A DNA stretch of 63,958 bases, the filler included, from Sphacelaria rigidula (Eukaryota), in the NCBI GenBank assembly GCA_964200075.2. It is 10 parts of 10 records of this genome, joined end to end, with 100 filler letters (N's around TTAATTAATTAA, not from the genome) between each part and the next. Parts side by side here need not be neighbours in the genome. Positions count along the whole stretch, not along the records: positions 6,407 to 12,712 come from CAXNAA020020887.1; positions 12,813 to 19,118 come from CAXNAA020020888.1; positions 19,219 to 25,524 come from CAXNAA020020889.1; 7 more parts are not named here. One strand, written 5' to 3'. The translations under genes were made by a program, and so were the position numbers. The notes below the pieces were generated by a model that was given only the letters and a program-made list of their open reading frames with translations, had not been told where the DNA came from and did no database searches. Positions 9,948 to 22,309 of this stretch are shown piece after piece. Position 1 is the stretch's first letter; each line of letters begins with the position of its first letter.

Positions 9948-11354
9948 AGTTCACATGTTCTTGCAGTGTGTAGGGGACAGGTTCGGTTTGAAAACTAACC
10001 GTCGAAGCCAATATGGGTCACTACACAACAGAAGAATGCCGCCAGAGGGTTATGAGCCCTCGCCTCTCTGAGACAGCAGAGCGCTCTATCGATTAAGCTA
10101 TGACGGTGCGTTGAGGACAGGACAAAATCCCAGGAGAGGGTTGAGATGTTGAGTGAGAGACGGGGGGCGAACAGCGATGACTCGCACCTTGTCTCGGATG
10201 ACAGACAGGCCACAAACCAGTCAAGCTTATAGAATATGCTTGTGGTGTGGTATACAGTCAAGCTGACAGTATGGGAAATTGGCGGTGTTGTGTGTGTTGG
10301 CTTCAAGCCTGGAGCGTATCCGTACCTCCGTGGCTTCCAAGGCACACAGACAGACAGTTCGAGATCTTTGGGATCGGACAAGCCGACAGTCGAGGAACAT
10401 TCCTCGTGACTGGAAGTTTCCTATGGACAGGACCTGTTGGTCTGGTTCTGGACAGAACCAAAGGCATGTTGGGTTCGCATAGCTGGGATTCACAGTATTA
10501 TTAATATTATTGTTATTATCATTACTATTACTATTATAGTCTCATTGTTACTGTTTTCAACACTAACTACTATTATTATACCCGTCACATTAGCTCGTTC
10601 TCCCGAACCCGTGGTCACAGAGTGCAAGGAGCATGCCATCCATACCGTATAACTTACGCAGCTTGCAGAGGAAGACGAGTAAAAAAACACCAACACGAAT
10701 AAAGGCAACTACACAACGAAAGATTCGTTCAAGACCAATTGAACTGCAGGGGACGTACTGGAAGCTAAAAAGTCACGGCGTGCGGCCTCTCCGATTACCC
10801 TGCCACGTACTGGTGTCTGCACAGAGTAGAAACAGCGAGTAAGCCGGTAATCGAACTGTCGCATAGAACAGAGACCAATCCCAAAATAGAGCAACTGTCT
10901 AGAGTGCTATTTAGAGAGATCCTCTACAGAGTCTGCGCACCGGAGACTGAACAACATCGGATAGGAAGATCCAAAAAGACAAAAAGAACAAGAGAAGGAA
11001 GAGCCGATGGCAACGAGGAGGGAAAGCCAGGAACTACGACCTCCCTCGGGTTCTAGTCAAGTAGCATCGTCATACAAACACAACAGACAGGGCGTGTCTA
11101 GCCTACACACGACATAGCGCTATCAGCAAAAAACAGAATCTGTTCATCAGAGTGTCCTATATTCAACCATGAAAACCTAAAATCTAATCTGCATGTAGTA
11201 GCCACAACAAGACAACTACCTCAATAACCTAACAGAAAATAATACGCCGCCCTCATCGAAATTAGCCGCCATGCTCTGTTCTTCTCCGCGTGCCAGCGGT
11301 GTCATCTGCGTCCGAATCTCAACATGTCCGCCTCTGGGTGTTGAAACATTATAT

Positions 11355-11564
11355 TGTATTATAACAAGGGTGGGTGTGCCTGATGGGCACCGCGCTTACC
11401 CAACTCTATCACCACACCACGACCTTGGCCAGGGGTCGTAGCAAGAAGGAATCACTCCATGGGGGTGAGTCCGACCTTACATCCGCCGAAAGGTCCTCCC
11501 CACGCCGTACCTACAAGACCGTCATGACCTTCCTTGGAGAACGGGCAACGGACACTTTAATACA
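11355..11564 (-). repeat. Putative 5' LTR of the second Gypsy element
   Basis: TGTATTA (11355-11361) and TAATACA (11558-11564) are 7-bp inverted TG..CA termini upstream of gag. The partner LTR is not in the scaffold. Confidence 0.6.
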
Positions 11565-11673
11565 CTGACTTTACAACGCAAGCAAAGCAAGAACGCCTCA
11601 AACGACCATTCTCTCCTGCGTGGCGGGACAAGCAAACCCCACAGAGAATTTATGCACGATTCCAGGCACAATT

Positions 11674-12063
11674 TTACATGGGAGCAAGAGCCGCCTCCCA
11701 TAAACCCCAGCTGATTACCTCCTCTGCATCTACCTCACACCACCTACAACCAAAGCCCCCGCACGATTGACACGTTCCCCCGCTCTTATCACCCCACGCC
11801 CCTTCAGAAGCAGCAATATTCTTGGTCAGCCACCCTGATTCAATTCCAACCCACTTGTCTTCTCTGGAGTACAAGAAACTTTGTGTAGTGGGTTCGCCGG
11901 GTGGAGGCAAAAAGCCTGCTTGTCGGGCGTCGGCGTTTTTCCACACTGCAGGTACCGCCTTGAATATCACGCAGCCGTCGGGTTCTACGGGAAGGGACAG
12001 TGCACGGCACAGCCCTGCCGTGTGCTCGTCCGTAGGCATTTGTAACGATTTCCGGACATCGAC
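11674..12063 (-). CDS. SAC3/GANP/THP3-family (PCI domain) protein, terminal exon
   Basis: Acceptor ttgtatcag|GTC. VDVRKSLQMPTDEHTAGLCRALSLPV resembles the SAC3/PCI winged helix. Stop at 11674-11676. Confidence 0.65.
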   Translation of the reverse strand, partial: VDVRKSLQMPTDEHTAGLCRALSLPVEPDGCVIFKAVPAVWKNADARQAGFLPPPGEPTTQSFLYSREDKWVGIESGWLTKNIAASEGAWGDKSGGTCQSCGGFGCRWCEVDAEEVISWGLWEAALAPM

Positions 12064-12282
12064 CTGATACAAATGCAAGCGAAAAAGGATATGAAGTGAA
12101 GAGAACACGGACGTACAAAAGCTAAATCCATTGTGTTCGGGCTTTACTTCACAAGCAATTGAATCTGACAGTGACGATCGCAGCGCTTCAGAAAATGATT
12201 CCGTTGTCTGCGCCAAAAATGATACGTTCTGGGGAACAGATCCACGTGCTACACCTTTCGAACGATGCGCGCAAATCCTCAC

Positions 12283-12534
12283 CAGTGGAACACTCTCTTT
12301 CTTCCCGAACGACTTGTTTAACGCCCGCAACGCATGTGCTCGAATAGGCAAAAGCATAGCATAGCTCAGACACCTCAGTCGTATCGCAAACGAGGAATCC
12401 GCGCCTTCACCTCCAACCAACACCTCGTTACACCCTGGCCAAGCACCACCAGGACTAGTGCGGCCCAAAATCCTGTGGAATTCTGTCCAGTTGCCCGCTC
12501 CGACTGCGCTGAGCAATCTAATCGCCACCGCCAT
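12283..12534 (-). CDS. SAC3/GANP/THP3-family protein, penultimate exon
   Basis: gttcag|ATG acceptor and CTG|gtgagg donor. AIRLLSAVGAGNWTEFHRIL...LRCL...IRAHALRALNKSFGK fits the SAC3/GANP pattern (GNY..FF; CL....R..AL). Confidence 0.7.
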
Positions 12535-12622
12535 CTGAACACGCTCAACGACCGAATAGGAGAGGGGGAGGGGTCACGGAAGAGTCGGGAGGTGATGTTG
12601 CGAGCGTCATAGGTTTCGTCAA

Positions 12623-12712
12623 GGGGGTGTACTCAAGATCATGCATGCCATAGTCATCAGGCCACTGACCTCGCATCCCTACAAAGTCGGGACGGAGCAC
12701 GCCGGGTGTTCG
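12623..12712 (+). repeat. High-copy short dispersed repeat (GGGGTGTACTCATGATCATGCATGCC...CATCCCTACAAAGCCGGGACGGAGCACGCCGGGTTTTCGCCGGACCAGG)
   Basis: Further copies at 12813-12856 (-), 23215-23313, 38659-38709, 44676-44742, 51249-51312 and three in tandem at 63679-63958. Several sit at scaffold ends. Confidence 0.85.
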
Positions 12713-15700
12713 NNNNNNNNNNNNNNNNNNNNNNNNNNNNNNNNNNNNNNNNNNNNTTAATTAATTAANNNNNNNNNNNNNNNNNNNNNNNNNNNNNNNN
12801 NNNNNNNNNNNNATGGTCTTATGACTATGGCATGCATGATCATGAGTACACCCCCCACACACACTGGTCGTTCGGATGTGGTCGATAAATTTCGCCTCGC
12901 CCTGATTGGACAGGTCGCTCCCAGACTTGTTTATGATCATTTTACCAACACATGGTGAACCCCTTGTTAGTGAGCTTCAGTCCCACAAGGGTCGAGCTGA
13001 AACCTGCAGCGTTCATGTCCTTGAAGCGTGCATAGATGGGAAAATATATTGGATATTTCGGATTGGCGTTACTGTACTTCATTGCAGTGTATCGCCGTGG
13101 CTGTTCGGGGCGTAGGAGATCGAAAGCATTGTGATTAGGAGTGTTTCCCCCGTTACCTGTCTCTACGTTTCGTTACAGAGTACAGTATGTCGTCAACCCA
13201 ATACCGATTCGATTTTTGCCCAAGGCTCCGCACTGCCCCAAGATTCTGTTCACCAACAAATGTCGACGGGGTGTATTTTCCAATGACACTACTTCAGTCG
13301 GAGCATGGCCGCCGCAGTTCACGAGAAAATGAGGTTGGTTGATCTTGAAGAATAATACGGAGTATGTACCCTGTAGCCCATGTCGCCGCTTGAAAATAAT
13401 CAGTGTTGCGCCGATAGAAAAACAAACAGTATTTCGGAACAGAATCTGACCTTTCGTCTCACCGACACACGCTGCTGCAAGGCCCCACGATAGATTCAGC
13501 GATATGAGGTAGTTTGCAATGGTTATGATGACATGTGGGCGAAGTTTCAGCGACTCGCAGCACCGACAGCGCGCGTGCGGCCGTGTTTCCCGGATTGAGC
13601 ACCTCTACAGGCAATACACACCGGCGTTTCGCACAGATTGTCATTATCCAGCGGGTGTTCCAGTCCAGATCAACATTCGTTTCTCAGCGCAGCGGCGCCC
13701 CACGTGCAGATTACGTCAAAGTAAGTGGACGAGTAACTTTACACACGTGTTTGCTGAGGGTGCACGCATTTCTGGGCAGCGGGGCTGTGGACTAGAGTGC
13801 GTTATACCGGATTTGCCGAATTTCGGAATTTGTGTCCTTCCCGCTGCCCCGAGTAATCCTCCAAGTTTCAATCACTGACTCGCAGTCGACGTGAAGAAAT
13901 CCACTTTTAAACATGCGGACAAAATGCGGGAAAATACACTGGTCAATCGTGGCAAGATACATGCGATGGGGTTGCGCTGCATATCCCACGTACGGCAACG
14001 AACGTCCTTGTAGCATGTGTGCATTCCTGGGCAACATGGCACAGCTCACAGCTCGAGAGATTTGCGCAATAGAACATGACAGCGTGACTGTAAAGGTTCT
14101 GCACATGGCCCTCTGACGCGGCGCGGTTGTAGTGGTATCCGCAGAATCGTTCGGTGCAAACAGAGATGTTGTGCAGGTGGAAATCTGGAGTAACACTGAG
14201 TGTGGGTGTGTCTCGGGATATATCGTCGGCTGACACGAGGTTCACGACTGCACTCTTTTGTCTTACATGTTCCGCAATCTCGCCGGTGCTTACTGCTCCC
14301 CCATTGGATCCGGGCCTTTGACGGTAATGTAAGAGCGCCTCGAAGGATCAGTGAAGGAAATGGTATGTCGGGATATGTTACAATCTCAACTTATTTTTGT
14401 AAATGTTTTATTTGATACTTAAAGAAAAGTACATAGTTTACCAAATGCTGAAAAAAAAAACAATACTCTTATTGAAAGTTTATCAATTTAGTCACGATTG
14501 CTGGCCCCGGTGTAGCCACCGCCCACCGCCAGGTGCTGTGGTCTCCCCAACAGTACAACTCATCCTCGAAGAAGACTTACACGAATGCTGCAACTTATGT
14601 GTGGGAGACGAATGTGAGCAAGAAGAACATCGCCCCCCTACAAAATGAAGGCACCCAGATGTTTGCGAATATGGTGTTCCCTGGCATATACGCGGAAAGG
14701 GGGGAGTTATTCTGGCATGCTACGCCGCACACCCTCGTGTGCGTAAAACATCCCAGTCCGGTCCTCTGTCGGATCATGGAGGCGCGCTCCGATCACGCCA
14801 GCGGTGGTTCGAGAGGGGGTTTGCCGGTGAAAAACATTTATTATTATTTTCTCTTTGTAAGCATCATAAATGAAGACGATATAACCTTCAGCGCACTTCC
14901 CGAGGGAGTCAACCCTATGTGCTGTCTTCACCGTCGCCAGCAAGGACCTGACTCTCCAACATATCTCCACACAGCCCTCAAACCTTAGCAATGACAAAAA
15001 CAACTGCGAGCTGCATCCTAAGTGGCGGCGCTAGGACGGATTCCGCTCTGGCGTCGATAGATAGCGGGCTATGACGTGCGCCTGCAACCGCATAATCGTA
15101 TGGCAAAGGACGCCCGGTAGACTCTTTCTCGCCGACTCCGTCACAAAAGCCGCACAAAACTACATCCAGTACCCTAACTCGCTCAGCATAGTTGAGAATG
15201 AACACCGTACCCAGCCTGGCACTATTCCGAGGTTATGTACTTCATCCGCGGCACCCCGCGGCGCCCATCCCTGCGGTCACCTGACGGAAAAGGCACCACT
15301 GACGGCAAGCACGGGATAGTGCAGTCGAAGGATGGAAGGAGTGTTATCTCGTCTTTAACTCCTGCATCATGGGTGTTACACATGAGGAGGGTACCGACAT
15401 GGCCGCATAATTTCCGCGACCTTCTTTGCTTTTCCGTGGCGCAGCTGACGCTGCTAGTCATAGAAGCTGAGAGAAAGTTCTGGACAAATGTTCTTGTGGT
15501 CCTTCTTCAGTAATTGACGCTCTAAAAGAGAGGCGGAGTTTTACACGTCGGAATGAGATCCTCGACTCCTCTTTGGGATTTTACGACACGGAAGCATCCT
15601 CCGGTGGCAGTAGTTTTTATTTGAGCAAACCAGCTGTCTTGTCCAAAGACGGGCAGGTCTTGAAAAAAATGGCGATATGTTCTAGATTCGAATGTTCGTC

Positions 15701-17119
15701 ATCATCCTTTCACAAAAATGCATGTTTGCGCACAAAAAAAAACGGCCTCCGCTAAACGCCAAGACATCGTGAAACCGCGTTAAGGAGTAGATCTAGTCAT
15801 TCGAACGTGTCAAACTTCGCCTACCTATCTTTTGGGCCGTGGATTGACACACAGCGATTAAAAAAAGCAAGTGTTCATAACTTTGTTTTTGCGTCCTGTA
15901 TGGTACACTGTCCCGACATCTATCCTGCCGACATTCACCGTTCCAGAAGCAAACACGGGAGTTTTTTTTTTATGGTTTGAGCGCTACCGATGCGTGGATA
16001 CTCGGTTTTCTTCAGGCTTAAGCGCCACCGATGCGTGGATAATTCCGAACTACATGAACGGAACCCCGTCTGGTGACACCGAGCCAGCATCTGGGGAGTA
16101 ATTGACCCCAGCATTGTAATGGATGCGATACCGACATCAAGACACAAATACAGCAAATGATACCACTGCGCAGCACATGATCTTCATGACGGCACCTCAG
16201 TCTCCCCTCGCGTTTACGCAGCATCTCACTTCAGCATCACTTCCACTCCATCACGCGAGTGTAACCCGTGTCAAATGTCGAACCACCTCGTCCCCGCCGC
16301 CTCCGCCCTCGGAATCACAAGACGACTCCGATGACCAGCCGTAACCAGACTCGGATCCTGCATCTTTACCCGTTGAGTCCGGTGCGCTCGTGCTATCCCT
16401 CGACTCGCTGTCATCCCACTCCTCTATTCTAAACCCTTCTGCGAATAGTCCTTCAGTGAGTAATTCTCCAGCGAGTAACACTTCAGTCTGGGAGCCTTGA
16501 CTGGGTAACCCATGCTATAGTGTTGTTAGTTGCATCGGGATCCGTCGTCTTTTGCTTCAGCTTCCGGGCGGTTTACCAGGTATGGCATCCGCCTCCCTCC
16601 AGAACCTGGGACGTCCGTTCCTGCGCACGCGCGGTCGGGCTGCCACGGCTTCCCGGTATGAGGTCGTTGCAGGACTGTCGCACGTTAGTATCATGGGGGC
16701 GTTCGATGGGTCCTTCAGCACAGGATCCAGCTGCGGCGAGGCGGATGTCGGCGAGGGTTCTGGCGAAGACCTGCATCCAAAAGTGGCCATTCGGTAATTC
16801 ATGTGCGAACGGTTGAAGGGGGGGAGAGTCGACGTCGTGACGCATTCGGACGCACTGACGGAAGCGCGTAGTAGACTTCAGCGCCTGTATGGCCCAACGA
16901 TGTGCGACGTGGTTCGGTCTAGTATGTTGCCGTGCGGAGGTGCACAGGGAGTGCAAGTGCAACATGAAGAAACGTGACGCGACTCGAAATTCGATACCGC
17001 GTATCAAGTGGAGATTGACTACGTACCACGTAGTTAATGACAGTGACCCCCTCAACTGTTCGTTTTGTAATTTCTTCGTGATTAGCGGTTTTCCTGGGCT
17101 GTGCCGCTCGCCATCGCTC

Positions 17120-17450
17120 ATGACGTTGAGGATGTGAAGATACTTGTATCCGCTGCGCATTCCGACAAAATATATCCATCTGTACTCAATATTCAGCGAC
17201 TTACGGGCTGGCCGATGATTGGGGCCTCTTGCCGCCCTTCAGCCGAGATTTTGACTCTGCGATATTTTCGGTCGATCGAGCCTGTCCCGATCGTATTTAT
17301 GAAGCGATGCGTGAAGTAATATACGGGTTCGTTCATTTGAATTTGTACGTACTCATCGCACCACAGCCGAACAGCCGTGTTTCACGGTCAGTAACACCCT
17401 CCAGAGTAACGGGGTTTCTACTCGTATCGCCTGATTACACCATACAACAG
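17120..17450 (+). repeat. Dispersed repeat shared with 20320-20645
   Basis: Colinear blocks TGAAGATACTTGTA, TATTTTCGGTCGATCGAGCCTGTCCCGATC, GTTTCACGGTCA and TACTCGTATCGCC occur in two different scaffolds. Confidence 0.8.
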
Positions 17451-17750
17451 TAACAAAGTTTTTTCGTGAGATTGAGAGTAGAGCGTTGATAGAAAGTGGA
17501 TTCGATCATTCGCTTCAACTTGACCAAATTCTCATCATGTGTGTGATTTTCTTCGCCTGTAACACTGGCGTGTGCCTACAGCTACACATCGATATTATAC
17601 TTGAGGATATCAAAGCTTCAGTGGTAAGAAACTGCAGGTAGCATATCGGGCCTCATGGAGGGGCATTTCGGAACCGAAACTGTTCATTCAGTAATTTACC
17701 GCTTTTCATTCTCAATCGTATCCTCCACTTTCAATATCACAAAAACGCTT
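17448..17750. mobile_element. ~300-bp MITE (TTCGTGAGATTGAGAGTA TIR family), degenerate copy
   Basis: Colinear with 56583-56889. Left end TTCGTGAGATTGAGAGTA; decayed right end TTTCAATATCACAAAAACG. Confidence 0.7.
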
Positions 17751-17930
17751 TTTAAATTTGGACACTGTGTTTTGAGGACGATCTGTTCGATTTATTAACA
17801 TATTCGTATTGAAGAGTACCACGGTATAAAACCCGCAAAACAACGCAAAACACTTCAGGCGTCCACTACCGTATAGTTGTCAACATACTTCCTCTGTCCC
17901 ACAAGTAAAGGTACCTAAATTTGTACGGGC

Positions 17931-18302
17931 CCTTAACGATGTCCGATCGTTTTTTTTTAAATTAACTCTAGGGTATTTTTTGGGTTAAGAAAATGTGTTT
18001 AAAATTTACAGCTCGTGCTTGAACCATGCCGCCGAACGGCTGCAAAAAAAGTAGTCGGCCCAAAATGGCCGTTTTTTGCCCCTTTCCGAGGGGGAAAAAA
18101 GTGTCGTTTAAAAAAAATAATAATAATCGCGTGAGATTTCCTGGCAGCAAAGCCCCAGTGAAGGCGGGGACGATTAAAAAACAATAAAAAAAAATGCGAC
18201 TTTTACATATATGTATATGAATCAAGTGATGGGAGACTCCAATTATGGAGGTGTGAGTTCAAATCCCGAGATATTCTATTTTTTTTTCGTCCGTCGTTAA
18301 GG
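17931..18302. mobile_element. Putative MITE with CCTTAACGA TIR
   Basis: CCTTAACGATGTCCGA (17931) vs TCGTCCGTCGTTAAGG (ending 18302). AT-rich interior with homopolymer runs. Confidence 0.45.
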
Positions 18303-19539
18303 TCATCCGTTATGCAGTACATTTTTTTTATTCAGCGGCGGTGCCGTGTGTTACCAGGTTGGTCTACACTTCACAATGATATGATTACATCGGGTTCATT
18401 CGGGAAACTGGGAAAGCGGTGGTGTGAGCAAGTTTTAGCCGCTTTTGAGTTTGCCCAGCTCGTACTTTTTTTCTTACTCCCCTCAGTGGGCGAGCGTACG
18501 ATCAAAATGCAACGATCATTCACCCTTTGGGAACCCTCCCCTTCCGTCCCCGGGCCAGACGCCTCATTACTCCAAGCCCTGACAAATAAGAAAAGGTGGG
18601 GACAAAGAAGAACTCCGGCAACCATTTTCACCGCCGAAGGCCACAGAAGAATCCAGCAGCATACGTCATGCGCGCACGAAAAATGTCACCCAGTGCGGTC
18701 GGATTAGTTTTTGTCCAATGAGGTGATGCAACGGGTCAACTGCGTTTAACTTTGTGCACGCAGCCAAAATCAGCACTTGCGTGCCTGAACTCCACACAAA
18801 CAAGCATCACACCACCTGTCTTTTTCCTATATACTGAGTCCCGTTCTGCACTGGGGCACATTTCTTCAAGCTGGTTCAGATTGAATACCCAAAATTTATT
18901 CCCCGGCTAATGACGAACGCAATACCCAGCCAATATGCACAAATTAAGTATCATACTGACCGCAATGAACAAACGAGAAGGGTGACATAGCCGGACTTTT
19001 GTTCAAGGTTATATTGGTGGCGCTATGGACAAAAATATGTCTCGACCAATCAGCACCTTTCAAATTGTTCCGAAATTGAAAACACGAATTCCAAGCCCAA
19101 TTTCCACCGAATCTTTACNNNNNNNNNNNNNNNNNNNNNNNNNNNNNNNNNNNNNNNNNNNNTTAATTAATTAANNNNNNNNNNNNNNNNNNNNNNNNNN
19201 NNNNNNNNNNNNNNNNNNTGAAGTAAAGCCTAGGGATTGATTCGTCACGAGACGACTCATTATACTATAACCAAGTAATTTCCAGACAAATCATTATTTG
19301 TCCGACCCTTGAAGTTATCCACTAAGAATCATTCAAGAATGACATATGGACACAACGAAAAAAAAAAGGGCTACAAAACCTCGGTAAAAAAACAAAACAA
19401 AATAGAAAACGAAGAGGAACAAAAGATGAAGTGACAAAACGTGCCAGGAGTAAACATTGACGACAACTACACACACAGGGGGGGCTTGCTTCAAGAACGA
19501 AATATACGTCGAAGCCCCCAACACGACAAATATACTCAC

Positions 19540-19620
19540 CTCGGGCAGCTGGTCGTTGAGATCAGAGGCGAGGTGCGCGAGCAGGAGGCCCATGGAGGTG
19601 ATGGCACATTCTTTGATTTC
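19540..19620 (-). CDS. CAND1: Cullin-associated NEDD8-dissociated protein 1, internal exon
   Basis: cag|EIKECAITSMGLLLAHLASDLNDQLPE|gtgagt. Follows ...HDIDQ, as in CAND1 DIDQEVKERAISCMG. Confidence 0.88.
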
Positions 19621-22000
19621 CTGTTCAAGATGGACGTGAACAACGAGAGGCAGTGATGAGAGGGCGGAGGGAGCGGTACAAACGGCCAAGCGACAGGTGG
19701 ACCTCATTTTCACTGGCCCTACAAAAAGGACGCCTTTTGCGGACTGGACCGGACCCGGCCGTTTTTGTAGTCATTGGACTGTTCAAGGGCATCAGGAGCA
19801 GTCTCTGCTCATCAAGGACGACGACCCGTGCAGCCTATACTTTGGCGGCTGGGTGGGGCACCACTAAACTCCATGCAGGTCCACTTGACTTGGTGTTCAG
19901 TAAAGGAGACACAACCAACGCACCACCTACCGGGTGTGCATCTCATCACTGAAAAAAAAAATATTTCGGATACACATTGTGTTGTTTGTAAAAGTCGCAA
20001 AGAATAAAAATAAGAAAGAGTATCGCATTCCCGAGCACACATACATGAGCGCCCTTTGTTGCAGACTTTTGTTGAAAAACAACTTCGTTTAATGTGGAAG
20101 CCACACTCCTTCTCTTCTTTCCTCCCATTTCCTTTTCTTGATTTTTGTCACACTCCCAACCCCTCCCGTTCCTCGGTACGAGCCCATGGTCTGTGTCAAG
20201 ATAGCAACCCATCTACCCCCGGTACACGCTGTACAGTAGGCGGCATGACTTCATTTTAATGCATTGGGTGATTTTTTCGTAATTGGCGATTTTCTTGGGC
20301 TCTTCTCGCTTGCCACTACTCATCACATTGGGAGTCTGAAGATACTTGTAAAATATCCGTTCCACATTCAAAGACAAAATAATCATTTGTGCTCAATATT
20401 TTGAGTGACTTTCGGGCTAACCGGTCATCGGGGGGTCCTGCCACGTTTCAGTCCATATTCTCACTCTTCGGTATTTTCGGTCGATCGAGCCTGTCCCGAT
20501 CATATTTTTGAAGAATTGTACAGTTCTATTTCTTCGAAATTTCACCTACTCATTGCACTAGAGCCGAAAAACTGGGTTTCACGGTCAACAACACCCTCCT
20601 GATGGACGGGGTATTACTCGTATCGCCCGACAACACCAACTAACACTGGCTCGGGCACTGTGTTTCGAGGATAATCCGTTCATTATACCAAAATCTACCA
20701 ACGCTAGCAATTTCGAGTTCAATCCAAGGGTAGTACGCGAGAGTAACCCGTTATCCAAAAAACACAAAATACGTGACAGGAGGGTGCGAGAATCCAGAAG
20801 CGCTACTCGTACCTTTTGCGCTATTCCGTGTGCCCGGTGTCGAGCGCTGTCGGGGAGCAAATATTGAAATAGTGGCCAAATGAACGACCTCATCATCCGG
20901 ATCAGTACACTAATAACAAGTAATATCCAGGTAGATCGTCAGCTGTCCGACGTGTGCACTACTTGTATGCGCACAATGAATACTTGTATAAACATGTAAC
21001 CCGGAGATGAGTACGTCTACAGAAACCTGGTCCAAACCCATACAGACAAATCTCCGGTAAACCAAAATAACGGAGTCTTACGGCAGCAAGAGCTCAGCGG
21101 AAGGACCCGTCTTACCAAGTGGACACAAGTGAGAACGCGCCGTGAGAGTGAAGATGATTGTGGCGGTTTCGCATTTTTTTTTTCGCGTTGCCCTTCCGAT
21201 TGGTTGAGAGCTTATGGATAACCGATTGTAAGGACAAGAATAAGATTATTTTTTCAAACACCGCCAGAATCACCCTCACCCCCATTCGTTGTTTTCAGTT
21301 TTCTTCATCTCGTCAAAGCACGGCCTAACAAAAGCGGGCCATCGCGGGAACCCAAGGGATACTATTTGATGTGTCATGTACCCCGTACGAGATCGGTTCC
21401 ACTGCCCACAACCCAAGCTCACGGCCAATCCTTATCCAAAATATCGACGAAAGCAATAGGCCTTGCTCCGGAGATCCTTCGGCAGCAGGCCTACGTGTGT
21501 GATCTTCCGGAATAGTCGGAGGATATCAAATTTTTCGGCCGCAGTGAGTTGTCACACCGTACGATTTGCTCGATCCCCAGCAAAGCAGTATTTCAAATTG
21601 AAATAGTTTCATGTTTGCGCCACTTGCCGACATTGATGCAACGTGGTACTCAAATATAAATAAATCAAGAGTGTACTGTTTTCTGTTTCAATGGTGCCTG
21701 ATCCATTGAGGTACATATTCCGTGGCTGTGATGTGTGATGTGCTCATCAGGATTGAAAAAAGCGTGTGCATGTGTGCACCAGCGCAGATTTTCTCGAGGG
21801 CAATTTACGGCTTGCTGCAAAATGAAAAGGGAGATACATACTTTTCGCCGAAAATTAGGCAAAAAGACTTTTGCGGATGTACTTTTCGCCGGCAGGCGAC
21901 AGAACAAATTGGGGCTGTTCTGTTACATGTAGCGGTCTGTCTGCCCGACACCCACAATGCAAGCATTTGCAAACATGTGTACGAAAAAAATTGGACCATT

Positions 22001-22111
22001 TTAACCCCTAGACCGCGGTGCGGGTAGTCCTCCTGGATCACGCATACAATATTCGAGTGAAAAATCGATGCCGATTCAGCAGGTGACCTACCCTCGCGGT
22101 CTAAGGGTTAA
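22001..22111. mobile_element. piggyBac-type ~100-bp MITE with TTAA duplication
   Basis: TTAA-CCCCTAGACCGCG ... CGCGGTCTAAGGG-TTAA. Lies in a CAND1 intron; a partial copy follows at 22125-22359. Confidence 0.85.
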
Positions 22112-22171
22112 TCTCCAAGCAGCAAAAATAGGTCATCTGTTGAATCGGCATCAAGTTCACGTGTAAAAACC

Positions 22172-22309
22172 CACACCCTGGACAATAGATTCTATTATGA
22201 AAAAATGTACTGCGTACAGTATGGAATCTAATGTCTACTGCAATAGGCGCAATAGTAGACACTGTACGCAGTATAATTTTTTACTGTGTACTCTTCTGTC
22301 GAGGGTGTG
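22172..22309. mobile_element. 138-bp TIR element with 8-bp TSD (hAT-like), nested in a piggyBac-type MITE
   Basis: TIR CACACCCTGGACA / TGTCGAGGGTGTG. Flanks TAAAAACC and CAAAAACC (7/8 match). Confidence 0.75.

Larger units (their letters stand above)
6407..11564 (-). mobile_element. Ty3/Gypsy LTR retrotransposon, 5' part (LTR, long 5' UTR, gag, PR, RT, RNase H); truncated by scaffold end
   Basis: gag, PR-RT and RT-RH ORFs all lie in one frame. 210-bp LTR-like unit at 11355-11564. Confidence 0.92.
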
